From IMG/VR virus record IMGVR_UViG_3300044729_002487, positions 1-64,000 of that record: a DNA stretch of 64,000 nt. One strand, given 5' to 3'. Both the position numbers and the translations under genes were made by a program. A model generated the notes under the pieces. It did no database searches. It was not told the DNA's origin and was given only the letters and a program-made list of their open reading frames with translations. How positions within the stretch are numbered: the stretch's first letter is position 1; each line of letters begins with the position of its first letter. Below are positions 1 to 11,074 of this stretch, piece by piece. This DNA comes from a virus.

Positions 1-1
1 A

Positions 2-262
2 CTATTCAATGTTGACCGGATGCAGATCAATGCACCTATTATAATACCTAATATCATGTCTGAATTGGATAAAGTGCGTGGTGTACAAACCGTAGCTCGT
101 TTTGAATTAGTTAATTTATATAACACGGCATTGGGATATTCTCAGTATGTATATGATTTGAATGCGGCTACAAAGAATGGTATTATTTACCCAAGCTTAG
201 ATCCAATGATATTTGAAATCAGAAATCCTGATGTAGATATTAAAGGTAGAATTATAAGCTAA
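2..262 (+). CDS. C-terminal part of a probable baseplate wedge protein (gp6/baseplate J-like), 5'-truncated by the window
   Basis: Frame is open from position 2, upstream of the listed ATG; ends ..IYPSLDPMIFEIRNPDVDIKGRI; lies at the head of a baseplate cluster. Confidence 0.45.
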   Translation, partial: LFNVDRMQINAPIIIPNIMSELDKVRGVQTVARFELVNLYNTALGYSQYVYDLNAATKNGIIYPSLDPMIFEIRNPDVDIKGRIIS

Positions 263-278
263 TTTTTGGAAGTGTACT

Positions 279-1436
279 ATGTATAAACTATTTTATATTG
301 AAAAAGATACAACGTTGTATGAACGCATACCTACCCAAAACACGGGTATAGATCCGATATTAGAAATAACAAAAATTGCGTCTGGAAGTAAATTAGAAGG
401 TGTAGTACAAGCAAAAACATATAATACACGTATATTAATAGATTTTGGAAATCAACTTACTGTATTGTCGCAATCAATAGCAACTGGTAAAATTCCTAAG
501 GTCGGTAATTCACCAAAATCTGCATCTGTATATTTGACTATGGTAGCCGCGGATGCTACTGATTTACCTTTATCTTTTCAATTAAAAGCATTTCCGGTAT
601 CACAATCCTGGACAATGGGTAATGGAAATTTAAACGATAATCCAATTTCTAAAAAAGGCGTGTCATGGTATTACCGTGATGCGGATGAACCAGGGACGAG
701 ATGGAATACTGGATCAGCTCATAGTAAAAATGATTATTCTACGACAGAATTAAAAGGCGGTGGTACATGGATTACCGGGTCAGGATTTGAAGCTAGTCAA
801 TCTTTTTCATTTCCTACCGACTTAGATGTTCGTATGAATATCACTGATATAGTATCAAAATGGTTAAAAAAGACAATTCCTAATAATGGATTGATACTTA
901 AACGTCCTAAGGCTGATGAACGGTCTGGTGATATATTAGGTAGTATTAAATATTATGGAAATGAAACGCATACTATTTTTATTCCAAGATTAGAAGTATC
1001 ATGGAATGATTCAATACTAACCGGTACTGCATCGTTAAACGAAATTTCTTCTGAGACATATGTACCATATTTTAAAAATATAAGACCGACATACCGTACC
1101 GAGGATAAAGCAAAATTCCGAATTGGTGTAAGACCAGAATATCCTACTCGTACGTATGGTACAGGTTCGGTATATTTAACTGAATATCGTTTACCTACAT
1201 CGAGTTATTATACTATAGTCGATGCATATACAAATCAAACATTGATACCGTATAATACAAAAGCAACGCAGATATCATGTGATGCAGAAGGTTCGTTTTT
1301 TAAATTAGATATGAATTCATTTATGCCAGAACGTTATTATAGAATTATGTTAAAGGTAGAGCGTGATGGTGGAGATGATGTACAAATACATGACAATGGA
1401 TATTATTTTAAAGTAGAGCGATATAATGGCAGATAG
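279..1436 (+). CDS. virion protein with DNRLRE/CBM96-like domain
   Basis: Pattern DTTLYE..RILIDF..W..PNNGLILK..PRLEVSW resembles DNRLRE-type domains; structural gene context. Confidence 0.5.
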   Translation: MYKLFYIEKDTTLYERIPTQNTGIDPILEITKIASGSKLEGVVQAKTYNTRILIDFGNQLTVLSQSIATGKIPKVGNSPKSASVYLTMVAADATDLPLSFQLKAFPVSQSWTMGNGNLNDNPISKKGVSWYYRDADEPGTRWNTGSAHSKNDYSTTELKGGGTWITGSGFEASQSFSFPTDLDVRMNITDIVSKWLKKTIPNNGLILKRPKADERSGDILGSIKYYGNETHTIFIPRLEVSWNDSILTGTASLNEISSETYVPYFKNIRPTYRTEDKAKFRIGVRPEYPTRTYGTGSVYLTEYRLPTSSYYTIVDAYTNQTLIPYNTKATQISCDAEGSFFKLDMNSFMPERYYRIMLKVERDGGDDVQIHDNGYYFKVERYNGR

Positions 1437-4176
1437 TAATCAGTTTTCCGGCCGGCCAGCAGAATTACGTGATATCAAAGTCAATGATATCATTATTCGT
1501 GCCTTACGTGATGAATTTCCTAATGATGAATTATTTCAGCAAGGAATGATATCGACGACAAATCGACCAGAACCAAAACCAGTCACATCAATTGCACAAC
1601 GAAGTAAGGTAACTAAATTATTAGAAATTGATGCGGATGTATCGGCATCATATGGTGAATATGAATTATCAAAACTATTACCCGGTATTGAAGATAACGA
1701 ATTAGATGAAATACTGGAAGACGAATTTGCATATTTCGTAGCAGATTTCACCGTACCGGGATTTCCAGTACCTCCGACATCCGGATTATTTTTAATACCA
1801 GTTGATATTGACAACATTCCATTAGACTGGCATGACCGATATGTACAATCAGGACCTGAATTAATTACAGAAATGATTGCTAGTGGTATGGATGATGATG
1901 ATGTTATTCGTAATGTGTTCTGTGTATGGTATATTGAGCGTGATCAGGGTCGTCCGATTCCTAACTACAAAACATTGGAATATATGTTAGTAGAACGCGG
2001 ATTAACATATAATGATATTGGAATTGCGACTGTAGAAGATATTGCTAGATATGATTTACGATTAGATGGAAGATATAAAGATTATGCACTTGAAGATGAA
2101 AATGGTGTATCTTTAACACCGCCTACATTATTAGATGAATTTGTAGATCGATCAATTGTCAGTAAAGCCGGAGCGTGGACATATAAAACAAGGTTCTTAT
2201 CCGGATATCGACCGGGTAAAACAACTACCGCTGAACAATTTTTACGCGATCCAGGCGATTATATGCGTCCGGAAGCTGATCGTGTTCCTGGATTTACAGA
2301 AACATATTCTATTGGTAATGAATTATTAACGCGTACAGTTACGCCTCGAGAAGCTCGAATTAGACGCGATGATCCAGAATTTGATCCGGCTGTGCAGACG
2401 GCACCATGGGTTGATGCAGATCCAAATGATTTATATTTTGATCAGGTATTTTATCAGACTGATGTTGAGCGATTGCGTGCTAAATATGAAGGCCGATTAA
2501 TTCTTCCGACATGGTCATCGGCAACTACTAGTACGTTGTTTAATCTTGAAATAGGTAATGGTTCAGAAAATATAACATTTGATGATTTATTTTTTAATTT
2601 AAGTTTTGTAATGTTCGGCCATGCTAAACAAGTAATATCATTAAGTACTCTTAAAAAAATTGCTAGAAACTTAGACATTAATTTATTAGATTATAATTCC
2701 GGATTGGAAGATATATCCGGATTAATCGAAGATGAGAATATTGATTTATTAGATAATGAACAATACGAAGCATTACGAGATTTGTTAGGTATTGTTAATA
2801 CTATGGTACGTCAAGGTGCAGTAGATGTATTAGGCGGCGAAACAGATCCGGACTGGATATTTTTTCCAAAAGTAGCGGAAGTTAATCGTTTAGATATTAC
2901 CGAATATGAACAGTATGTAAATGAATTTGCACCAAATGGTATGTTTAATGTAGAGGAATTATCACCGTATGAACCGGCCGGTAGTTTAGTATATTATAAT
3001 CGCCGTCCGCAGATGAAACAAACAGTTCAGATATTATCTGATCAGGCCGCGGCTCAGGCAATATTATCCCAATATAAAGATGCAATTATCGAAAAATCTA
3101 TACCATTAGCGGCTAAAGCAGCTGAATTTCGTCGTCGCATGAACATTATCGGTAATGGAGGATATGTCAATAAACTACAAAGATTATTTGGCCCGGATGG
3201 TGATGCTCAAAATATTTTATATGAAACTGCTAATGTCGGAAATAAATCATGGCAACTTAAAAAAGAATTAAGTAAAAAAGGTATTGATACAAAAGGCGTG
3301 CAAGATGCGTTTTTTAAATTAGTTGAGACCGAAGGACAGATAATACGAGATTCGATGCGAACAGAAACATCAGAAAATGAAATGTTCTGGTTACCATCGA
3401 ATAGAATAACATGGCATGTAAATACTCGAGGAGATGATCCGAAGGGTGCGGCATTAATACTAGGATATGGGCCGCGAGTCGAAGATGGTGTACGTTTAAT
3501 AACACAAAGTGAAGTAGAAGCAATGCAAAGAGCCGGTCTTGGCATAGATGTCGAAACCGTCGGTGCTCAAAGATATCAACGGCCGGAAAGTAAAAGATCA
3601 GGTAACCGATCAGATCAACAAATGAAAGATCCAAGATATTTTCGAGCGACGATGGCACAATATATTATGGAGTTTATTTTTGATCCAAATAAGTTTCATC
3701 CAAATTATGATAATGTACCAAAAGCGCCAGAAGATTTTTGGCCACAATTTAGTGGCAATGCACAGCCAAAAGATTTAGTAAGTATATGTAAAGAGGCAGA
3801 TAGATTTATCATAACTGTACAGTCAGCGGTTGTAGAAATTGAACAAGTAATTGCAAATTTAGATCAAACAATATTGGATTGTGATACAATAGAAGAAGCT
3901 ATAGCATTAGATGCCATCGTAAAAAATTGTGAAGCGGCTATTGATTCATTTGATGAAGACATGTTTGATTACTATGATAAACTTAATAGATATATTGAGA
4001 GACGGCATCGTGATTTGATATCTGGCGTGGTTGCATCAATACAGTTTGTACGTCAACGGGTGCAGAGTCGTAATAAAAAATATTATATTGAATGGTCAGA
4101 ATCTGCAAAATCACGTGTTAATAAATGGATAGGTGACCCCGGATTTTTCGATTTTCGTTCTGAAAATGCATATTAA
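1426..4176 (+). CDS. hypothetical protein (916 aa, acidic N-half, helical C-terminus), probably virion-associated
   Basis: Long ORF overlapping the upstream gene; no recognised motif. Confidence 0.4.
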   Translation: MADSNQFSGRPAELRDIKVNDIIIRALRDEFPNDELFQQGMISTTNRPEPKPVTSIAQRSKVTKLLEIDADVSASYGEYELSKLLPGIEDNELDEILEDEFAYFVADFTVPGFPVPPTSGLFLIPVDIDNIPLDWHDRYVQSGPELITEMIASGMDDDDVIRNVFCVWYIERDQGRPIPNYKTLEYMLVERGLTYNDIGIATVEDIARYDLRLDGRYKDYALEDENGVSLTPPTLLDEFVDRSIVSKAGAWTYKTRFLSGYRPGKTTTAEQFLRDPGDYMRPEADRVPGFTETYSIGNELLTRTVTPREARIRRDDPEFDPAVQTAPWVDADPNDLYFDQVFYQTDVERLRAKYEGRLILPTWSSATTSTLFNLEIGNGSENITFDDLFFNLSFVMFGHAKQVISLSTLKKIARNLDINLLDYNSGLEDISGLIEDENIDLLDNEQYEALRDLLGIVNTMVRQGAVDVLGGETDPDWIFFPKVAEVNRLDITEYEQYVNEFAPNGMFNVEELSPYEPAGSLVYYNRRPQMKQTVQILSDQAAAQAILSQYKDAIIEKSIPLAAKAAEFRRRMNIIGNGGYVNKLQRLFGPDGDAQNILYETANVGNKSWQLKKELSKKGIDTKGVQDAFFKLVETEGQIIRDSMRTETSENEMFWLPSNRITWHVNTRGDDPKGAALILGYGPRVEDGVRLITQSEVEAMQRAGLGIDVETVGAQRYQRPESKRSGNRSDQQMKDPRYFRATMAQYIMEFIFDPNKFHPNYDNVPKAPEDFWPQFSGNAQPKDLVSICKEADRFIITVQSAVVEIEQVIANLDQTILDCDTIEEAIALDAIVKNCEAAIDSFDEDMFDYYDKLNRYIERRHRDLISGVVASIQFVRQRVQSRNKKYYIEWSESAKSRVNKWIGDPGFFDFRSENAY

Positions 4177-4210
4177 CCCGTAAAGTCAATTAGTTGATAT
4201 TTATTAATGT

Positions 4211-7200
4211 ATGCCATTAAGTAGATTTACAAATATTGAAGAAATACGATCCGAACCTGGATTAGTACGGGGTGTGTTATGGAATCAATCTGCAATCGCA
4301 GAATTAGATTTAGATGAAGTAGTAGTACGTCCAGAATTTACGCCAGATGTAGAAGTTCATATTTATACACCGACGAATGAGACATATTTAGCTGGTGGAC
4401 CTATAACAGATTTTGTACAACGTGGTGATAAGATATATATTGATTATGTATCTGTATTTGCTAAGTATGGTATTAAACGAGGATTTTTTAGAGTAGTTGT
4501 CAATGTACATTACAGTATCACCGGCGATTATGAGTATCCAACTTTAAAAGTCGTTGAAACATCATCAGATGGTTTAGAAGTTTTATTAAAACAATTTTCG
4601 CCTCGAGCAAATGATACCAGACCACGTACAATTGTACAAGATTTTTTAACGGCATATCCTAAAGCATATGAACGTGATTTTGCATTAAATTTTGGCGAAA
4701 ATCAAATATTTAAAATTCTTAATTACAAACGTTATTTAGATGATAATGTACTAGCAGTACGCGTAAGTCAGGTATTACCAAATGAATTAACTGATTTAAC
4801 TCGTGTTAACATTGTTGAACAACTTACTGATTCATGGATTGATAATATAAGTTTAGATCAGTTAGCTCCGTCCACGCCGATAAGTAAATTACGAGGTCCT
4901 AATTTTGAAATTGAAAGTGGTTATACTACTATAACTGAAACCGATTTTTTAAATTGGAATCAATTGTTAGGAACTAATATTTCAACATCTCAAAAAATTG
5001 TAGATTCATTTTTCTCCGGATCTATCGCAGGTGTTGAATTAGGAATTGATTATACAGCATTTCCTAATTATGTTTATTATTCATCCGCGGCACATCGTGT
5101 TGCAAATTTTAAACAAAAATTAGAATCGATAGAATATTACAATGAACGATTAGGAATACTAAATAATGTAAGCGGTTCATCTTCTGGTTCATTATCTGTA
5201 AACATTGCTAATGTTACTAAGAAAATTGATAATGTTGTTGGTAGTTTTGATTCATTCGAACGTTGGTTGTATAATGAACCGACTGCTAGTATTTTTACAC
5301 ATGGATTATCCGGAAGTGCTATAGCCGGTGAAGGTGAATTTTTTGCCGTAACTCCATATCCTAAACGTATTGTCAATAGCAAGCAAGTATTATATCATTC
5401 AACAGCATCTGTTAGTGATACATGGTACAATGACTTGTATGCGGCTGCTCGTTCATATGATGATAATAATCCACATGCATTAGTAAAAGCTATTCCATTA
5501 CATATTAGAGAGGATGCAAATAATAGCGAATTTGAAACATTCGTTAATATGATAGCACATCACTTTGATATTTTATATACATATGCAAATTCATTAACAC
5601 GAGTACATGTAAAAGAAGAACATCCAAAACGTGGTATTGATAAAGATGTGTTAGTTGATATAGCTCGTTCTCAGGGTTGGCATTTGGTTAATGGTAACCA
5701 GGCAAGTCAGTTATGGAAATATAAATTAGGTACAAACCAATCAGGTGAGTATGCATCAACCGGTAGTATTTTTTCATTAAGCGATGAAATGATTACTGAT
5801 GAGGTATGGAGACGTATAGTAAACAATTTACCATATATTCTTAAAACTCGAGGTACTGAACGTGCAATAAAAGCGCTATTAAATATTTACGGAATACCAC
5901 AAACCATATTAAGTATACGTGAATATGGTGGACCGTTAGTAGGAGAAGAATGGCCAGCATTAACTGAAGATAGATACTCATACGCGGTATTATTTAACTC
6001 AGGTTCGTCGATTAGGTATCCAGCGGTTCATGTAAGTTCAAGTATTGCAAATTGGGGCCGGCGATTAGGTAAAAATAATGTTGTACCGCCACAAACACGA
6101 GAATTCCGTTTTAGGCCTTCATATACCGGTAGTATGTTATTGTATTCTCAGATAAGTTCATCCGGGTCTCCTTTAATGCATATTGCGTTAGAATATACAA
6201 GATCGTTTTCTGGCAGTAATACATATGGTCGTATCAATACAGTCTTTGCAAGAGCTAATGGATCTGCGCCTGTAACATCGTCAACAAAATGGCTGCCATT
6301 GTATAATGGCCAATATTGGAATATCCGTTATGGATGGACAACACCGGGTATACATTTTAACACCGGTTCAAATACTAATACGACATATAATATTAAAGTC
6401 CAGCAATCATCTAATTTTATACGCGGTAAAATTAATTTTTCAGCTAGTATTAATATTACTCCGAATAACGCTAATCATTATTTAGTATGGTCACATCCAA
6501 AAGATATAACAAAAAATATTGTACATATAGGTGGTAACACTGGATCTGCCGATACATTGAATGTTAATAGTTATCTTTCACATCGAATGAAAGGACGTGT
6601 TGGTACGTTCTCAGGTTCAATGCAAGAATATAAAGAATGGCTTGAATTCATTGATAACGCAGCATTCGATGATCATACATTTAATCCAACATCATATGTA
6701 AGTTATTTATCTCCTAGTAGTTCATATGACACATTAGTACGTCATTATACATTAGGATCTGAACTTATTGGTGTTAATTTAAACACATTTAAAATTATAT
6801 CATCGAGCCATCCAAATCAAGCAATAAACGATTTTACAAGGGCTAATCCGTATTCTACAAATGCAACGGCTAATAACTTTAAAGTGCCATCCGATACTCA
6901 AAGGGGTAATTTCATACCAGTCGAAGAAACATATTATATTAGAGGTGCATCGTTAGGAGCTAATAATCCTAGATCTGAAAAAATACGTTTAGAAGATAAT
7001 TTCCTTGTACGTCGATTATCACCTACAAATACGGCAGAACGATCTAGTTTTGATACTGCGCCATTGGATTCTAATAAATTAGGTTTATTTTATAGTTTTG
7101 CTGACCAAGTCAATAAAGATATCTTTAATCAAATTGGTACAATAGACTTAGATGATTACGTTGGTGATCCTGATGATGAACATGAATTGGCATATGAAGA

Positions 7201-9097
7201 TTTAAAATTCTTTGCAACGCAATACTGGAAGAAATTTAATAATTCATCAGATGTAAATTCATTTAACCGTATTTTTAGTCAATTTGATTTTTCCGTATTT
7301 AATCAGATAAAACAAACTTTGCCATTACGAGTTGATGACGTTTCTGGATTATTAGTTGAACCTAACATATTAGAACGTTCTAAGGTACAACTTACTAAAC
7401 CAATTAAAGTTGAAAATCCGCAGTATGATATCGTAATCAATCAGATACCGCCTACTAGTAGTGGTGTTGTAACAGTACCGTATGAAGCGTTAATTGATAA
7501 TGGTGAAACGACAGTATACACGCCTTCTGCTACATTCCAAGAAGAATACATCGGTCAAACTAATTTGATTCAATATACTAGTAGTATGAATTATTGTACT
7601 ATACAAACATTACCGGTAGATGAATTGATGACATATACCGCATCTATAATTGATTCGAATTATTTTGTTAGTAAATCTGGCGCGTTTACTTATGGTTATG
7701 TAAAAAATTATTATGGTAATCAAGATGTATTATTTGATCCGACAAGTACTAAATCAACTGCATTATGGAGAGATATATCAGTGCCTATCTTTTCAAAATT
7801 TAATTGGAATGAAAAAATTCAAACTGTAACTAGTGGTGCTACTATTAGTACTGGGACAGTTGCTACCGGTAGTTACGCAGATCAAATACGGTTTAAATTA
7901 GATACATATAATCAGTATGATGTACATGCACGTCCGGAAATACGATTTTTAGACACTGCTAATCCATTTCCATCGGCGGCCGGTTATCCAACGCTTGAAT
8001 ATACATTATTATTAGCTGAAACTGAAACATCTGATATTAATTCTCGTATAACGCGTGTATTAGATTCGCAAATTTTTCAAGCAGCATCAAATGGTGCTGG
8101 CAAAACAGTTAAGTTTAAAAGTGTATTGATTCCGGCTCAGACACATTTAGTTGTGATACTGCAAATGAAATTACCAGCTCAAACGTATTTAGTTTATGTT
8201 GGTACTCAGGTAAGTGCGTCGATTACATTTCAACCAAATAAAGCTATAAAGGCAGATGGTAGTCAAAATATGCCATATGATACTAATTATACTGCATCGG
8301 TTGCTAATGCGGATATCGTAACAAACGCGCATAATATTAATTGGTTTATTGATAATTTAGGTAGTAGTTGTTTAATGTATCATAATGCGGCTCCTCAACC
8401 TTTTGATATAGATGGTGTCGATACTAATGAAACACTAGCTGCACAACTATTAATGACAAATGCTAGTGGTTCTGATACTTGGATATATTTAGGTCCGACA
8501 GCGGATGGCAATCCTAGTATTAATGAATCATTTAATGATGTCGCTGATGCAATTGCTCCTTTCACTGTAGATATTACTGATGTATTTGACGGATCTGGAA
8601 ATTTTTCTTGGGAATCCGGATCATTCAGTACTTCCAATGCAACAAGCGTATCACAAATCGATTTCTCATGGTTCCGTGTATATATGACAATCGATGAAGT
8701 ATGTCATACTGCGAGAGGAGCTGAAATAAATGAACCTCGTACTAGCGGTATATATCAAAAATATATTTATCATTTCTCTGGCAGTCCTTCTATTACAAAT
8801 CCAATTGCTCGTAATTTAGCCGCGGCTCAAAGTGAATCATTAGGAATATATTACAGTAGAAGTTTAGCGCCAGCAAGTTATCGTGATGATTTCTTTGAAA
8901 CATATGAACGTGCATTTTATACAGGTACTCAATTAACTGCTACAGCAGTTAATCAAAATTCAACTAATGCAGCGTTAGGAAATGCACCAATTATAGAAAT
9001 TTATGAAGTTAATCCAAACCAAATTTTCTATAATTCAACGCCTAGACAGGCTGGTCCAGGAAATACTTTAGATCCTGGAAACATAACAATTAGATAA
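4211..9097 (+). CDS. large baseplate wedge protein (T4 gp7 / P2 gpI-like core)
   Basis: Motif WRRIVNNLPYILKTRGTERAIKALLNIYG matches the K-GT..ai..ll signature of gp7/gpI-type wedge proteins; 1628 aa; preceded by ATATTTAT. Confidence 0.6.
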   Translation: MPLSRFTNIEEIRSEPGLVRGVLWNQSAIAELDLDEVVVRPEFTPDVEVHIYTPTNETYLAGGPITDFVQRGDKIYIDYVSVFAKYGIKRGFFRVVVNVHYSITGDYEYPTLKVVETSSDGLEVLLKQFSPRANDTRPRTIVQDFLTAYPKAYERDFALNFGENQIFKILNYKRYLDDNVLAVRVSQVLPNELTDLTRVNIVEQLTDSWIDNISLDQLAPSTPISKLRGPNFEIESGYTTITETDFLNWNQLLGTNISTSQKIVDSFFSGSIAGVELGIDYTAFPNYVYYSSAAHRVANFKQKLESIEYYNERLGILNNVSGSSSGSLSVNIANVTKKIDNVVGSFDSFERWLYNEPTASIFTHGLSGSAIAGEGEFFAVTPYPKRIVNSKQVLYHSTASVSDTWYNDLYAAARSYDDNNPHALVKAIPLHIREDANNSEFETFVNMIAHHFDILYTYANSLTRVHVKEEHPKRGIDKDVLVDIARSQGWHLVNGNQASQLWKYKLGTNQSGEYASTGSIFSLSDEMITDEVWRRIVNNLPYILKTRGTERAIKALLNIYGIPQTILSIREYGGPLVGEEWPALTEDRYSYAVLFNSGSSIRYPAVHVSSSIANWGRRLGKNNVVPPQTREFRFRPSYTGSMLLYSQISSSGSPLMHIALEYTRSFSGSNTYGRINTVFARANGSAPVTSSTKWLPLYNGQYWNIRYGWTTPGIHFNTGSNTNTTYNIKVQQSSNFIRGKINFSASINITPNNANHYLVWSHPKDITKNIVHIGGNTGSADTLNVNSYLSHRMKGRVGTFSGSMQEYKEWLEFIDNAAFDDHTFNPTSYVSYLSPSSSYDTLVRHYTLGSELIGVNLNTFKIISSSHPNQAINDFTRANPYSTNATANNFKVPSDTQRGNFIPVEETYYIRGASLGANNPRSEKIRLEDNFLVRRLSPTNTAERSSFDTAPLDSNKLGLFYSFADQVNKDIFNQIGTIDLDDYVGDPDDEHELAYEDLKFFATQYWKKFNNSSDVNSFNRIFSQFDFSVFNQIKQTLPLRVDDVSGLLVEPNILERSKVQLTKPIKVENPQYDIVINQIPPTSSGVVTVPYEALIDNGETTVYTPSATFQEEYIGQTNLIQYTSSMNYCTIQTLPVDELMTYTASIIDSNYFVSKSGAFTYGYVKNYYGNQDVLFDPTSTKSTALWRDISVPIFSKFNWNEKIQTVTSGATISTGTVATGSYADQIRFKLDTYNQYDVHARPEIRFLDTANPFPSAAGYPTLEYTLLLAETETSDINSRITRVLDSQIFQAASNGAGKTVKFKSVLIPAQTHLVVILQMKLPAQTYLVYVGTQVSASITFQPNKAIKADGSQNMPYDTNYTASVANADIVTNAHNINWFIDNLGSSCLMYHNAAPQPFDIDGVDTNETLAAQLLMTNASGSDTWIYLGPTADGNPSINESFNDVADAIAPFTVDITDVFDGSGNFSWESGSFSTSNATSVSQIDFSWFRVYMTIDEVCHTARGAEINEPRTSGIYQKYIYHFSGSPSITNPIARNLAAAQSESLGIYYSRSLAPASYRDDFFETYERAFYTGTQLTATAVNQNSTNAALGNAPIIEIYEVNPNQIFYNSTPRQAGPGNTLDPGNITIR

Positions 9098-9137
9098 TTC
9101 AACAATGAGCATATTTATTAAAAAATCGGAGTAAAAC

Positions 9138-9803
9138 ATGGGATATTTAGATAATAGTACAATAACAGTAGATGCTATTTTAACTAAAAAAGGAAGAGAG
9201 TTATTAGCGCGTGGACAGAATGAGTTTAAAATTACTCAGTTTGCTTTAGCCGATGACGAGATTGATTATGATTTATATAATCTTGAACATCCACTTGGTA
9301 CAGCATATTACGGTGCAGCAATTGAAAATATGCCTGTAGTAGAAGCATTAACAGATGAATCACAAATGATGAAATATAAATTGGTAACATTACCTAAAGG
9401 TACTGCGCGTATACCAGTTATTTCAATTGGTCAAACAGAAATAACATTGCGTGATAATCAATCAGTTGTTGTTCGTCCGGTAACGACTAATTTTGTCCAA
9501 GGTAATCAATCATTTGGTTATACAGCAATTTTATCAGACTCCGATGCGGCTACAATCGTAGCTACAAAAGCAGCTCCAAATTCATCTGGTGCAACTGTAC
9601 CTCAATTTATTGGTGATAACGAAGCAGCGCAGTCAGTAACTGTAACTGGTGTTGAATTTGAAATTACAGCTAAAGGACAATTAATATCTAGACGCACAGC
9701 CACTGTATTAATTATTGGTAATGAAACAGGTGGTAGAGCATTATTAACGATAACGATTGAACCTCAGCAAATTCAAGGTATATCTAATATAGCATCGTTA
9801 TAA
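9138..9803 (+). CDS. baseplate/tail-fibre attachment structural protein
   Basis: N-terminal ILTKKGRELLARG..FKITQFALADDEIDY resembles the start of tail-collar/fibre attachment domains; GGAG SD. Confidence 0.5.
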   Translation: MGYLDNSTITVDAILTKKGRELLARGQNEFKITQFALADDEIDYDLYNLEHPLGTAYYGAAIENMPVVEALTDESQMMKYKLVTLPKGTARIPVISIGQTEITLRDNQSVVVRPVTTNFVQGNQSFGYTAILSDSDAATIVATKAAPNSSGATVPQFIGDNEAAQSVTVTGVEFEITAKGQLISRRTATVLIIGNETGGRALLTITIEPQQIQGISNIASL

Positions 9804-9818
9804 TAATTAAAGGAAAAA

Positions 9819-11063
9819 ATGGGACTTGGGAATAGAAACGTAACAGTACAAGGAAGATTAAACCCTAGGCCATCAGCCGCGGCTGGTGCTGTAGAAGCAA
9901 CTGCGAGACAAATTGCAGATCAAATTATACGCGAAAGAGACTTTGCAAGACAACGTTCTAGAAACGGTCGTGTATATACACCGTTTAATCCAACAGATGA
10001 CGTATTACCAAATAATATTGAAATTGTTACTAAAGGTTTATTTTCTGGTAACACTGGTAGCTTATTAAATTTCCATACACAATCATCTGCTACAGCGATA
10101 CAAAATACTTACTTTCGTCAAATTTACAATGAAAAATCGACGAACCGTACAGCTCAACCGCAATTTTCAATTGCATATGGTCACTATTTAGGATCTGGTT
10201 CAAAGGACCTTACCGGTAACTTAAATGATGATACACCTAGCCGTGCTATTTATAAACAATATGCTCAATTATTGTTACAGCCATTAGATAAGAAATTTAC
10301 AATTAATGGACAAGATACTGATAGTATTTATGTACTTAATTTTAATAGAGCTCGTTTCCGTGAAAAGTTAGATCCAGGAAATTTAGAAATTAATTTATCA
10401 CAATTATCCGGTGCATTTTATGCTAACCGAATTCATACCGGTTCTAATGTAAAACCAACTAAAGGCGCGGGAGTTGCTCGTAAAGTCATTTCATTAATTG
10501 ATGATTCGTCATTATCATCGGCTCGTGTTGTTGAATCTGGACGTGTTTATAATATTGTATCTGGTACTATTGATGATGGTACGGTTATTCATAAATCATC
10601 AGCTCCTCATTATTATGGATTAATTTATCCTGAGGCTGGTGTTATAATTTTAGATGCAAAAAAATTAGACATATCATGTTCGTTTAATACCGTAACCGGA
10701 TCTGGAGTACAAGGTGATAATGCTATGAAATTGTTTAGATCTATTTCTGGATCTGCAGTTGCATTAGCGCCATCAGGTAGAAATTTTGGATTACAAGCTC
10801 GATCATCAGAGCAAGTTAAATCTACTTATTTCTTTGTACGTGTAAAAAATGGTGATTATAACTATTCAAATAATCCATCATTCGTATCTGGATCTAATGG
10901 CGATTTAGCATATTCTACTTTTATTAATAATCCGCAGACATATATTACAACTGTTGGTTTATATAATGACCGTAAAGAATTGTTAGCAGTAGCAAAAATG
11001 AGCCAGCCTATATTGAAATCATTTACGCGAGAAGTATTGATTAAGGTAAAATTAGATTTTTAA
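9819..11063 (+). CDS. virion structural protein (baseplate/fibre attachment)
   Basis: C-terminal YITTVGLYNDRKELLAVAKMSQPILK, shared with the next gene. Confidence 0.5.
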   Translation: MGLGNRNVTVQGRLNPRPSAAAGAVEATARQIADQIIRERDFARQRSRNGRVYTPFNPTDDVLPNNIEIVTKGLFSGNTGSLLNFHTQSSATAIQNTYFRQIYNEKSTNRTAQPQFSIAYGHYLGSGSKDLTGNLNDDTPSRAIYKQYAQLLLQPLDKKFTINGQDTDSIYVLNFNRARFREKLDPGNLEINLSQLSGAFYANRIHTGSNVKPTKGAGVARKVISLIDDSSLSSARVVESGRVYNIVSGTIDDGTVIHKSSAPHYYGLIYPEAGVIILDAKKLDISCSFNTVTGSGVQGDNAMKLFRSISGSAVALAPSGRNFGLQARSSEQVKSTYFFVRVKNGDYNYSNNPSFVSGSNGDLAYSTFINNPQTYITTVGLYNDRKELLAVAKMSQPILKSFTREVLIKVKLDF

Positions 11064-11074
11064 GATAATATGAT